A stretch of DNA of 64,000 nucleotides from an uncultured Coriobacteriaceae bacterium. Lineage in GTDB: Bacteria; Actinomycetota; Coriobacteriia; Coriobacteriales; UMGS124. This document shows positions 54,975 through 63,748 of the stretch, one piece after another. Under the pieces are notes generated by a model. It worked only from the letters and a program-made list of their open reading frames with translations. It was not told where the DNA came from and made no database searches. Within the stretch, counting starts at the first letter, position 1, and each line of letters opens with the position of its first letter. Where the stretch lies: positions 13,904 through 77,903 of the forward strand of contig UQBS01000006.1 in NCBI GenBank assembly GCA_900539345.1. The letters run 5' to 3'. A program made the position numbers and the translations under genes.

Positions 54975-55883
54975 ATGGCTCAAGAAGAGAAGAAGGCGGG
55001 CGTGGCCGGCAAGGTCGTGCTTGTCATAGTGCTGGCGCTCATCGTTGCGGTGGGCGTGTTTGCGGGCATGCTGTATTCGTCCTACCAGCGCATTATGCCG
55101 CTTGCGTCTCAGATAGAGGCATCGGCCGCAACCATCGAGGAGCGCGCGCAGGCCTATGACGTCGACGGGGTCACCTCAGAGCTCGCCCAGGTCAGCTCCT
55201 CGCTTGACGGGATTGCCGCCGAGCTCGATGGGGGCGCGTGGGATGTGGCGGCGTGCGTGCCCGTGCTTGGCGAAGACGTGCGCGGTGCCCGTACGCTTGT
55301 GGCTGTGGGGCAAGACGTCATGGCAAGCATCGTCATGCCGGTGTCCGACGCCGCGCGGACGCTGCCTTCCGGCGTGTTGGACTCGCTGGGCAAGGGCCTT
55401 GTGAGCGCGACGATGGGTGTCACGGGCGAGTTCGTCCTGTCGGGAGCAAGCGATGTGGCGAATGCATTGGCTGGCATCGACGGCATGGTTGAGACGCTGC
55501 GTGCCGCGGGCCCCAGCCTCGATGCCGACGCCCAGCAGTTGGCTACGCTCAGTGACTTCCATTTTGACGAGCTCAACCAGGCACGCGACGAGCTTGTCGG
55601 TATGGTGGACGACCTTAGGAGCGCGCTCGACCAAATCTCGCCTGCGCTTGAAGGTTATGCGAGCGCCAAGCAAGTGGCGAGCGATGCGGTCGACGCAGCG
55701 GGTCAAGTCGCCGGTCAAATTGCCGATGCGGCTGGTCAGGCCCTGGGCGAGGCGGCTGATGCCGTGAACCAGGCCTTCCCTGAGGCTGCGAAGAAGGCGC
55801 AGGATTTGGTGGACGGCGCCAAGGAGTTCGGCGAAGGTGCCAAGAGCTTCGCCGATGGCGTGCGCGACGCGGTTTTGGGCTAG
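54975..55883 (+). CDS. membrane-anchored hypothetical protein, Ala-rich helical ectodomain (weak resemblance to the DUF4012 N-terminal region)
   Basis: MAQEEKKAGVAGKVVLVIVLALIVAVGVFAGML, then WDVAACVPVLGEDVRGART. SD GGAGG lies upstream. Confidence 0.6.
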   Translation: MAQEEKKAGVAGKVVLVIVLALIVAVGVFAGMLYSSYQRIMPLASQIEASAATIEERAQAYDVDGVTSELAQVSSSLDGIAAELDGGAWDVAACVPVLGEDVRGARTLVAVGQDVMASIVMPVSDAARTLPSGVLDSLGKGLVSATMGVTGEFVLSGASDVANALAGIDGMVETLRAAGPSLDADAQQLATLSDFHFDELNQARDELVGMVDDLRSALDQISPALEGYASAKQVASDAVDAAGQVAGQIADAAGQALGEAADAVNQAFPEAAKKAQDLVDGAKEFGEGAKSFADGVRDAVLG

Positions 55884-55898
55884 AAGCTGCGCGGAGCG

Positions 55899-56711
55899 TT
55901 AGTCATTAAGTTCGGCATGCGCCTTGTGTACGACGCGGGTGATGAGGTCGGCGTTCACACGCCCCTCGTCGCCCGCGTTTTTCTGTAGGAACATGAGGTA
56001 CTCAATGTTGCCCTCGGGGCCCTTGATGGGCGAGTGGGTGAGGTCGAGCACGGCAAAGCCCGCCTGTCGGGCTTGCTCGGTCACGCAGGTAAGCACATCG
56101 CGGTGAACCTGCGGGTCTTTGACGACGCCGCGTTTGCCTACATGCTCGGGACCTGCCTCGAACTGCGGCTTCACGAGGCAGACGGCGTGGGCCCCGGCAT
56201 GGATGAGCCCGGCGAGGCTCGGCAGCACCTTGCCCAGGGAGATGAACGAGACGTCTGATCCCAAAAAGTCAGCTTCTGCGCCGAGGAGCTCTGGGGTGGC
56301 CAGGCGGATGTCGAGGCCTTCGAGGCTCGTGACGCGCTCATCTGCCACAAGGCTTTCGTGCAGCTGGTCGTGACCCACGTCGATGGACCACACATGCGCC
56401 GCGCCTGCCTGAAGCATGCAGTCGGTGAAGCCGCCCGTGGAGGCGCCGGCATCAACGCAGCGCAGGCCACTCAGGTCGATGCCCCATACCTCGAGCGCAC
56501 GCGCCAACTTCAACCCGCCGCGTCCCACGAAGGGGATGGCGCAACCGCGCACCTCGAGCTTGTCGACAGGCGTCACCATGGCGCTCGCCTTGGTACAGAC
56601 CTTGCCGTTCACATAGACGAGGCCCTGCGCGATGGCTGCCTTGGCCTTTTCGCGCGAAGGGCATTTGCCGAGTTTGGCAAGCACGAGGTCGAGCCGTGCG
56701 GTGGGGGTCAT
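55899..56711 (-). CDS. tlyA: TlyA-family rRNA 2'-O-methyltransferase (hemolysin A-like)
   Basis: S4-like RLDLVLAKLGKCPSREKAKAAIAQGLVYVNG. Methyltransferase block VGRGGLKLARALEVWGIDLSGLRCVDAGASTGGFTDCML. Confidence 0.88.
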   Translation of the reverse strand: MTPTARLDLVLAKLGKCPSREKAKAAIAQGLVYVNGKVCTKASAMVTPVDKLEVRGCAIPFVGRGGLKLARALEVWGIDLSGLRCVDAGASTGGFTDCMLQAGAAHVWSIDVGHDQLHESLVADERVTSLEGLDIRLATPELLGAEADFLGSDVSFISLGKVLPSLAGLIHAGAHAVCLVKPQFEAGPEHVGKRGVVKDPQVHRDVLTCVTEQARQAGFAVLDLTHSPIKGPEGNIEYLMFLQKNAGDEGRVNADLITRVVHKAHAELND

Positions 56712-57031
56712 TTCGTTTCCTTCGACGAGGTTTTGGCGCGCATGTGCCATGCGATGATGCGCACAATGATGAAGATGATGGCAAAGAGGGCCGCGCTGAC
56801 GTCGGCGACCTCAAGCACGTAGGCGTTGTTCTCAAAGAGGGCGTAGAGCATGACGAGGGTGAACGCGACGGCAAGCGCGCCATTCACGACACTCAGCACC
56901 TTGATCAAAATGCGGCGGGCTTTGTCGCGCGTGCTCGTGGCCACAAGGAGGCCGTAGAGCAGCGCCGTCACGCCGGCCACGACTGCCAGCACGGGCAGCA
57001 CGCGAATGAGTCTGATGAGCACGTTTACCAT
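56708..57031 (-). CDS. small hypothetical membrane protein (3 TM segments)
   Basis: ATGA overlap with the tlyA start. SD GGGAGG lies before the ATG at 57031. Hydrophobic segments: VLPVLAVVAGVTALLYGLLV and others. Confidence 0.6.
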   Translation of the reverse strand: MVNVLIRLIRVLPVLAVVAGVTALLYGLLVATSTRDKARRILIKVLSVVNGALAVAFTLVMLYALFENNAYVLEVADVSAALFAIIFIIVRIIAWHMRAKTSSKETK

Positions 57032-57161
57032 GGGGCACCTCCCGCTTGCCGTTTGCATAGGATACTTGATGCGCACTGCCGCGCGTCTGTAAAAGCGGCC
57101 ATAAAAAAACGAAAGCCGCTCGACTCCTCATCGAACTGGCCTTCGTCCCTTGGGAGGGTGA

Positions 57162-57293
57162 ATGTATGTGCGAGGAAATGACCTCGCGATGGGCTGCAAT
57201 CCTTTGGATGCAACTGAAGAAATAGTAGCAAGTGTGATATATGCAACAATAGAACTGCGCAAATTGCCATATACTCATACCAAGTTGTACTAA
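57162..57293 (+). CDS. candidate 43-codon small ORF in the AT-rich leader
   Basis: The 11-nt motif CCTTGGGAGGG lies 3 nt before this ATG, and again 3 nt before the GTG of the downstream regulator. Translation: MYVRGNDLAMGCNPLDATEEIVASVIYATIELRKLPYTHTKLY. Below the ORF-track size cutoff. Confidence 0.3.
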   Translation: MYVRGNDLAMGCNPLDATEEIVASVIYATIELRKLPYTHTKLY

Positions 57294-57340
57294 CATGTAC
57301 CAACTATGCACAGTGTTGAGCGCTAGCCTTGGGAGGGCTT

Positions 57341-58381
57341 GTGGCTGAAAACATAGATGCCGCCGATCAGGCGCAGGCATTGCCCGCGCAGCGTATCGAG
57401 GCGACCGACTTGGGCTTTGCCCAAGGCGATGCCCTGCGCGTGGAGGATGTCACACGCATCCTGCACGTGAGCAGGAACACCGTATATAAACTGGCCCGCA
57501 CAGGTGAGCTGCCGTCGTATCGCGTGGGCAGGCAGATGCGCTTTCGCTATGACGACGTACGCGCGCGGCTTGAGGGCGTTGCTGCCAGCCAGGAGACGAA
57601 GGCCGCTGTTGCCTCGGGGGCAGACGAGCCGAGTGATGTGCCTGTTCCAGGCGACGTGCTCGATGAGGTACCGTCGTGGGTGCGTGGCTCCATCGTCGTG
57701 GGCGGCCAGGAAATCGTGGCTGACATGCTGGCGAACTACCTGGCAGGATTGGGTGTCAAAGCACTGCGCTGTCACACAAACGACTATATGAGCCTTGCGC
57801 GCATGTACACCGGTGGCGCTCATGCTGCGGTTGTGGGTCTGTGGAGCGAGCGCGACTGTGCCTACAATGCGCCGTATCTGCGCACGCTCCTGCCTGGTGT
57901 GCCTGCCATCTCGTTTAGGCTGTTCAAGCGCCAAGTTGGTTTCACGGTAGCCGCAGGCAACCCCCTGAGTCTCTATGAATGGGGCGACCTGCTCAAGTCC
58001 GGCGTTGTCATAGCGAACCGCGAACGTGGGGCGGGCCCCCGTGTGCTGCTTGACGAGAAGCTCAAGTATCTCGAGGCGCGTGCCGACGCTTTGGAAGGGT
58101 ACGACCGTCCTGCCGCCTCGGAACTGGCTCAGGCCCTCATGGTGTCGCGCGGTCTTGCAAACGTCGCTGTCACCTCAGCCAAGCCGGCCCGTCAACTGAG
58201 GGGTCTGGAGTTTGTTTCCATGCAGGAAGAAGCCGTTGACCTTGTGGTTCTCAAGACGCCTGCTACCGCTTCTTTCATCAAGGCTGCCCGCAGCCTTTTG
58301 CGCACAGCTGCCTTTAGGAGCGAGTTTGATACGACGCTGTATGAGACGAGACTTATGGGCGAACCCGTCTACGAATGCTGA
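57341..58381 (+). CDS. transcriptional regulator: excisionase/MerR-type HTH fused to a PBP-like (molybdate/tungstate-type) ligand-binding domain
   Basis: HTH VEDVTRILHVSRNTVYKLARTGELPSYRVGRQMRFRYDDV, then a ~230-aa periplasmic-binding-protein-like domain. Preferred start is the GTG at 57341 after GGGAGGG; the ORF track uses a TTG at 57329. Confidence 0.75.
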   Translation: MAENIDAADQAQALPAQRIEATDLGFAQGDALRVEDVTRILHVSRNTVYKLARTGELPSYRVGRQMRFRYDDVRARLEGVAASQETKAAVASGADEPSDVPVPGDVLDEVPSWVRGSIVVGGQEIVADMLANYLAGLGVKALRCHTNDYMSLARMYTGGAHAAVVGLWSERDCAYNAPYLRTLLPGVPAISFRLFKRQVGFTVAAGNPLSLYEWGDLLKSGVVIANRERGAGPRVLLDEKLKYLEARADALEGYDRPAASELAQALMVSRGLANVAVTSAKPARQLRGLEFVSMQEEAVDLVVLKTPATASFIKAARSLLRTAAFRSEFDTTLYETRLMGEPVYEC

Positions 58382-58414
58382 CGCGGGCCGCTGTGGCACA
58401 TCATCCGCTGCGTT

Positions 58415-58755
58415 GGATTGGGGCTTATGTACCTTAGTACACCGCGCCCCAATCCGCCTTGCGGCTGACGCACCACAGCGACCCGGGGAAGATTATGGGG
58501 GGCACGCCATCTGCGGCGTTGCTTTGAGGCTCGCGTACCTTAGTACGCCACGCCTCAAAGCGCCTTGCAGCTGACGCACCACAGCGACCCGGGGGAGATT
58601 ATTTGGGGGTTAGTGGAACGCCAGTACACCGCGCCCCAATCCGCCTTGTAGCTGGTGCACCACAGCGACCCGGGGAGATTATTGGGGAGTCGCGGTACAG
58701 TCAGTACGCTGCGCCCCGATCCGCCTTGCGGTTGACGCACCACAGCGACCCGGGG
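58415..58755 (+). repeat. four tandem copies of a structured 80-106-bp element (stem-loop plus a conserved ~33-nt tail)
   Basis: Stems: 58415-58424/58446-58455, 58521-58530/58552-58561, ~58603-58608/58634-58639, 58681-58687/58714-58720. Tails GCCTTG(C/T)(G/A)G(C/T)TG(A/G)(C/T)GCACCACAGCGACCCGGGG at 58456, 58562, 58643 and 58723. Confidence 0.85.
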
Positions 58756-58771
58756 GAGTTTGGCGGCATGA

Positions 58772-58811
58772 AAAAGGGCGCGCCTGCAATTATCTGCAGG
58801 TGCGCCCTTTT
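58772..58811. terminator. bidirectional intrinsic terminator between convergent genes
   Basis: AAAAGGGCGCGCCTGCA, loop ATTATC, TGCAGGTGCGCCCTTTT. 17-bp stem with one G-U pair, an A-run on the left and a T-run on the right. Confidence 0.85.
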
Positions 58812-58833
58812 GGTGCATAGACTGGTCGAGGTG

Positions 58834-60117
58834 CTACCTCGTGGCGTTCTCGGCGTTCATGGTCATGGTCTGGAAGCGGTGCTCCATCCAAGCGTCGGGA
58901 TAGTGCTCGTCGCAGAACTCCTCCACAGCCGTCTCAGCGGGGATGCCCACTTGGCGGGAGAACCAGCGGTCGTAGCTCACCAAGGTGAGACCGCCGTCTA
59001 TGATCATGAGTACCAGGGCCACGGTTGTGACGGCGTAGCGCCAGTTCCAGGGAATCTTGTGCACGAGGTCGAAGATGAGGGGCATGAGGTACTTCACCCA
59101 CACCAGGCCTAAGATGCCCCAGGCCGCCATGAAGGCGCCGTTCGTACGCCCGTCGATGGAGAGGAACGTGCCACTGTAATCCCACGCAGTGATGCCGAAG
59201 GCGAACTCCAGCAGGTAGCTCACCAAGAACTCGAACGCGCCGCCGATGAGGGCGCTCAGGAAGAAGATGGGAATCGGGTTCTTGTCGCGGATGCCGTTGA
59301 GGCCGATGGTCATGAGCACGGCGCCGAAACCATAGATGGGGGAGAAGGGGCCGTAGAGCATGCCCGCGCGGTCCATGTAGCCCGCACCCCTCACCAGGCA
59401 GAAGATGGTCTCGATGATGACGCCCAACACGCAGCAGATGACAAACGTCCAGAACAGGTTGAAGAAGGTGAGCTTGAAGGGGGCCTTGCCACCGTACTTC
59501 TTGAGATGCTCGAGACGCTCCTCTTCTCGGCTGCGCTCGTCGAGTTTGCGTAGTTTGCGTTCGAGAGCGCGCTCCTCGGCAAGCGAGGGGTCGAGATAGA
59601 TTTGCAGCACGATCATAAAGACGATGGGGATGCCCGTCGCGTCGAGGGCGTGGTTCACGCCGCTGTTCAGGATGTTGAGGATGAGCTGGGCCACCAGCAA
59701 CACCATGACGGTACGGGCGATCTGCGCAGAGTGGCGGCGCTTGTCTTTGACGAGCAGTACGCCCAGCGCGATGTCAAATCCCGCGATGAGTCCCGAGCTT
59801 GCGGCCAGGCAAATCAAGAGCGCCAGTACCGGCTTCTGCAGCGTGGTGCCGCCCGTGAACTGCGTGATGTCAATCTCGAAGACGAAGGCGAGGATGATGG
59901 CAAGAACGACGGCGAGCAGCTTCAGGATTTCGACGGCACCCCAAATGATCATGAGGATGCCGAAGACCTTGAGCGGCACGGGAACCTTTTTGGCCGGGAT
60001 GGCTTGGCCTTCGGTCACGATGGGCTTGCCGGGTTCGCAACCCTGTGCTTCAGCTGTCGGCGCGGCTTGTGGCGCATCAACAACTGCTCCGGCAACCTGC
60101 TTGTCGTCGGTCGTCAT
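58834..60117 (-). CDS. polytopic membrane protein; the C-terminal half matches the 'putative ABC-transporter type IV' (DUF1113/CmpB-like) family
   Basis: GPFSPIYGFGAVLMTIGL...LSALIGGAFEFLVSYLLEFAFGITAWDYSGTFLSIDGRTN is characteristic of that family. SD AAGGAGG lies upstream. Confidence 0.75.
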   Translation of the reverse strand: MTTDDKQVAGAVVDAPQAAPTAEAQGCEPGKPIVTEGQAIPAKKVPVPLKVFGILMIIWGAVEILKLLAVVLAIILAFVFEIDITQFTGGTTLQKPVLALLICLAASSGLIAGFDIALGVLLVKDKRRHSAQIARTVMVLLVAQLILNILNSGVNHALDATGIPIVFMIVLQIYLDPSLAEERALERKLRKLDERSREEERLEHLKKYGGKAPFKLTFFNLFWTFVICCVLGVIIETIFCLVRGAGYMDRAGMLYGPFSPIYGFGAVLMTIGLNGIRDKNPIPIFFLSALIGGAFEFLVSYLLEFAFGITAWDYSGTFLSIDGRTNGAFMAAWGILGLVWVKYLMPLIFDLVHKIPWNWRYAVTTVALVLMIIDGGLTLVSYDRWFSRQVGIPAETAVEEFCDEHYPDAWMEHRFQTMTMNAENATR

Positions 60118-60160
60118 ACAGTCGCCTCCTTGATTGTGAGGGGGAATCTACGATGGCTGA

Positions 60161-60409
60161 TTAACGATCGTCGTCATCGTCCTCGTCATCATCGTCGTCC
60201 CAGTCGTCATCGTCGTCCTCCCACCAGTCCTTGTCTTCCTCGACAGGGTGGTTGTAGAACATCTTGTGCGTCTTGCGCTCGGCGAGGAAGGCGATGAGGA
60301 TGAAAAGGAGCATACCGCCGATGATGAGGAACACGACGCCGTTCTCCATGCCGAAAAGCGTGAAATGCGACTCGGTTTCCCAACCGAACAGCCACAAAAA
60401 GAAATCCAT
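60161..60409 (-). CDS. small membrane protein with an extreme poly-Asp/Trp C-terminal tail
   Basis: 82 aa: MDFFLWLFGW...VVFLIIGGMLLFILIAFLA...EEDKDWWEDDDDDWDDDDDEDDDDDR. SD GGAGGACC lies before the ATG at 60409. Confidence 0.6.
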   Translation of the reverse strand: MDFFLWLFGWETESHFTLFGMENGVVFLIIGGMLLFILIAFLAERKTHKMFYNHPVEEDKDWWEDDDDDWDDDDDEDDDDDR

Positions 60410-60479
60410 AGGTCCTCCAGCTGTGGTAGTAACATGCGTGCGATAGCATACCCCCACATTAGGCCGCTTTAAGGGCTAA

Positions 60480-61874
<1,395 letters not shown>

Positions 61875-61953
61875 GCCTTTAAAGGCGGCAGCAGGTTATA
61901 CTGCTGTCGCCTTTTTTATTTGATGTGCCAGCTGACGCAAGGAGGACGCTCAT

Positions 61954-63066
61954 ATGAATAAGTCGTTCAAGCTCTTCGCCTCTGCCGCCCTGTCCCTCGC
62001 CGTGGCGGGTACATGCCTCGCCGCCCCCGCCTTCGCGGCGGGTGACTCGTCTGCTCTGGGCAGCGCGCTCGACGCTGTTGCACGCGCGGCCGAGCAGGCT
62101 GGTGCCGAGCAAGCTCCCGCTGCCCCCGGCGTCGACGAATCCGATACGCTCATCTCTTTGGGCACGCATATCAACTTTGCCGGCATTGCTTTCGACGTGC
62201 CTGAGGGCTACACCGATGACGAGGATCCCAGCGACGACGTGCTGAGCGTGACCAATGAGTCGGGCACCGTTTCCATGAGCGTCTACGACATGCGCGAGGT
62301 CGGTTTCCCCGCCGACACCGACTGGGCGTCGTTCTTCAGCAGCCTTGCCCAGATTTCCGTCGCGGGCTACGAGGGCTCCACGGTTGAGGAACTTGGCGCC
62401 GACGAGCTTGGCGAGGGTACGATGATGTACGCCTACGGTCTGGTTGTGCCCGACGGCGACGACACCTACATCATCGTGCAGCTCTATGTGCCCACGGCCG
62501 AGGGCGGCTTCACGTTCATGCAGATGGGTTACTCCGCCAACGACGTCACGGACGAAGACACCGACGAGCTGACCGAGGTCATCGACTCCCTCAAGCTTGC
62601 CGAGGATGACGGCCTCGACATCGACGACCTCGGCACTTCTTCCTGCGGCTTTACCTTCGACCTGCCTGAGGGCTTGGTTCCCTATGAGGACGAGGATTAC
62701 GCCTGGATCGATGAGAACGGCGACATCCTCATCATGACCATGGGCCATGTGGTTGAGGGCGCTGCCGAGTTGACCAGCGAGGACTATGCCGCGCTGTATG
62801 AGGCCCTTACGCCCGAAGGCGACTCACCTGAGTCCAAGGTCACGCTGCTCGACCGCGACGTGGTCGACGGCAAGAACGGCCTCGTGTCGGCATACAGCTC
62901 CTATGAGGTTGCAGACCCCGACGAGACTGTGTACGCTGTCGTCATCGTGACCCCGGTTCTCGAGGACGATTCCGTGAGCGTCACGATTGTCTGGTGCTCC
63001 GAGCAGGGTGCCGCCAAGTACGGCGAGGCCATTTTTGACATGATGGAGTCGTTCGACAAAGAGTAA
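61954..63066 (+). CDS. secreted hypothetical acidic protein with two tandem ~150-aa repeats
   Basis: Signal MNKSFKLFASAALSLAVAGTCLAAPAFA. Repeat starts GIAFDVPEGY and GFTFDLPEGL. SD AAGGAGGA lies upstream. Confidence 0.7.
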   Translation: MNKSFKLFASAALSLAVAGTCLAAPAFAAGDSSALGSALDAVARAAEQAGAEQAPAAPGVDESDTLISLGTHINFAGIAFDVPEGYTDDEDPSDDVLSVTNESGTVSMSVYDMREVGFPADTDWASFFSSLAQISVAGYEGSTVEELGADELGEGTMMYAYGLVVPDGDDTYIIVQLYVPTAEGGFTFMQMGYSANDVTDEDTDELTEVIDSLKLAEDDGLDIDDLGTSSCGFTFDLPEGLVPYEDEDYAWIDENGDILIMTMGHVVEGAAELTSEDYAALYEALTPEGDSPESKVTLLDRDVVDGKNGLVSAYSSYEVADPDETVYAVVIVTPVLEDDSVSVTIVWCSEQGAAKYGEAIFDMMESFDKE

Positions 63067-63105
63067 CGCCATTCAGTTTGTCTGTCCGAGAGAGGAGATT
63101 CGGCC

Positions 63106-63609
63106 GTGCAGGTCAACGTGCAGCTTGATGAGCAGGGCTATCTGCCCGATACCTATGGCAAGTTCAGCGCTGAAGCCGATCAGGGTGCGGGCATGTGCCT
63201 GAGGTCGTTCCCGTTCGAGGTGACCGACGTGCCACAGGGCACGCGCACCCTCGCATGGATCTTCATGGACTGGGACTCTATGCCGGTGTGCGGGTTCCCG
63301 TGGATGCACTGGTGCGCGTACCAGACGGGAATTGAGGGCGACACGGTCTTGTTCGCTGACGACGTGTCGCGCCTTGGCCAGCCGGGGCTGTTCCAGGGAT
63401 ACAACAGCGCCGCCAAGCGCGACCCGGAGTTTGGCGTGGGCTACGAGGGGCCCTGCCCGCCCAATGCCGACCACGTCTACACCATGCATGCGGTCGCTCT
63501 CGATGTCGAGCTCGACCTGGCTGCGCCGTTTTGGGCAAACGAGCTGGTGCAGGCCTGCCGTGGCCATGTGCTCGGCGAGGCCGTGACGCTGCTGCCCAGC
63601 AGGTCGTAA
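63106..63609 (+). CDS. YbhB/YbcL-family (PEBP, Raf-kinase-inhibitor-like) protein
   Basis: WIFMDWDSMPVCGFPWMHWCAY and GYEGPCPPNADHVYTMHAVALD. GTG start after GAGAGGAG. Confidence 0.8.
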   Translation: MQVNVQLDEQGYLPDTYGKFSAEADQGAGMCLRSFPFEVTDVPQGTRTLAWIFMDWDSMPVCGFPWMHWCAYQTGIEGDTVLFADDVSRLGQPGLFQGYNSAAKRDPEFGVGYEGPCPPNADHVYTMHAVALDVELDLAAPFWANELVQACRGHVLGEAVTLLPSRS

Positions 63610-63641
63610 GCGGCCGTGGCTCTTCTTATATAACCCGGATG

Positions 63642-63686
63642 CGAGGGGCCCGACTGCCAGTTGGCGGCCGGGCCCCTCGGCGTTTT
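63642..63686. terminator. intrinsic terminator between convergent genes
   Basis: CGAGGGGCCCG (63642-63652) pairs with CGGGCCCCTCG (63669-63679), followed by GCGTTTT. Confidence 0.75.
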
Positions 63687-63748
63687 GCTGATTGGACGCG
63701 TGTTGAATTGACCGTGCCTGATCGGCTTGGGTGATGCGTGGCTAAGGC

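Noticed and set aside
57025-57303. 92-aa minus-strand ORF across the AT-rich leader.
   Set aside because: It starts at TTG with no SD, overlaps the start of the small membrane protein gene, and competes with the SD-supported plus-strand 43-codon ORF. It remains formally possible.
58456-58755. CRISPR-array reading of the four ~33-nt conserved segments at 58456, 58562, 58643 and 58723.
   Set aside because: The intervening 'spacers' are homologous to each other (same stem-loop and AGTAC loop). The repeats are not identical, the spacing is irregular (106, 81 and 80 nt), and no cas genes are nearby.
58212-59112. ORFs 58212-58574 (+), 58603-59112 (+) and 58555-58818 (-) running through the repeat array.
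   Set aside because: The recurrent peptide VHRAPIRL..APQRPGE is just the repeat read in shifting frames. There is no SD, the ORFs overlap the terminator and the true minus-strand gene, and the frame is not maintained between units.
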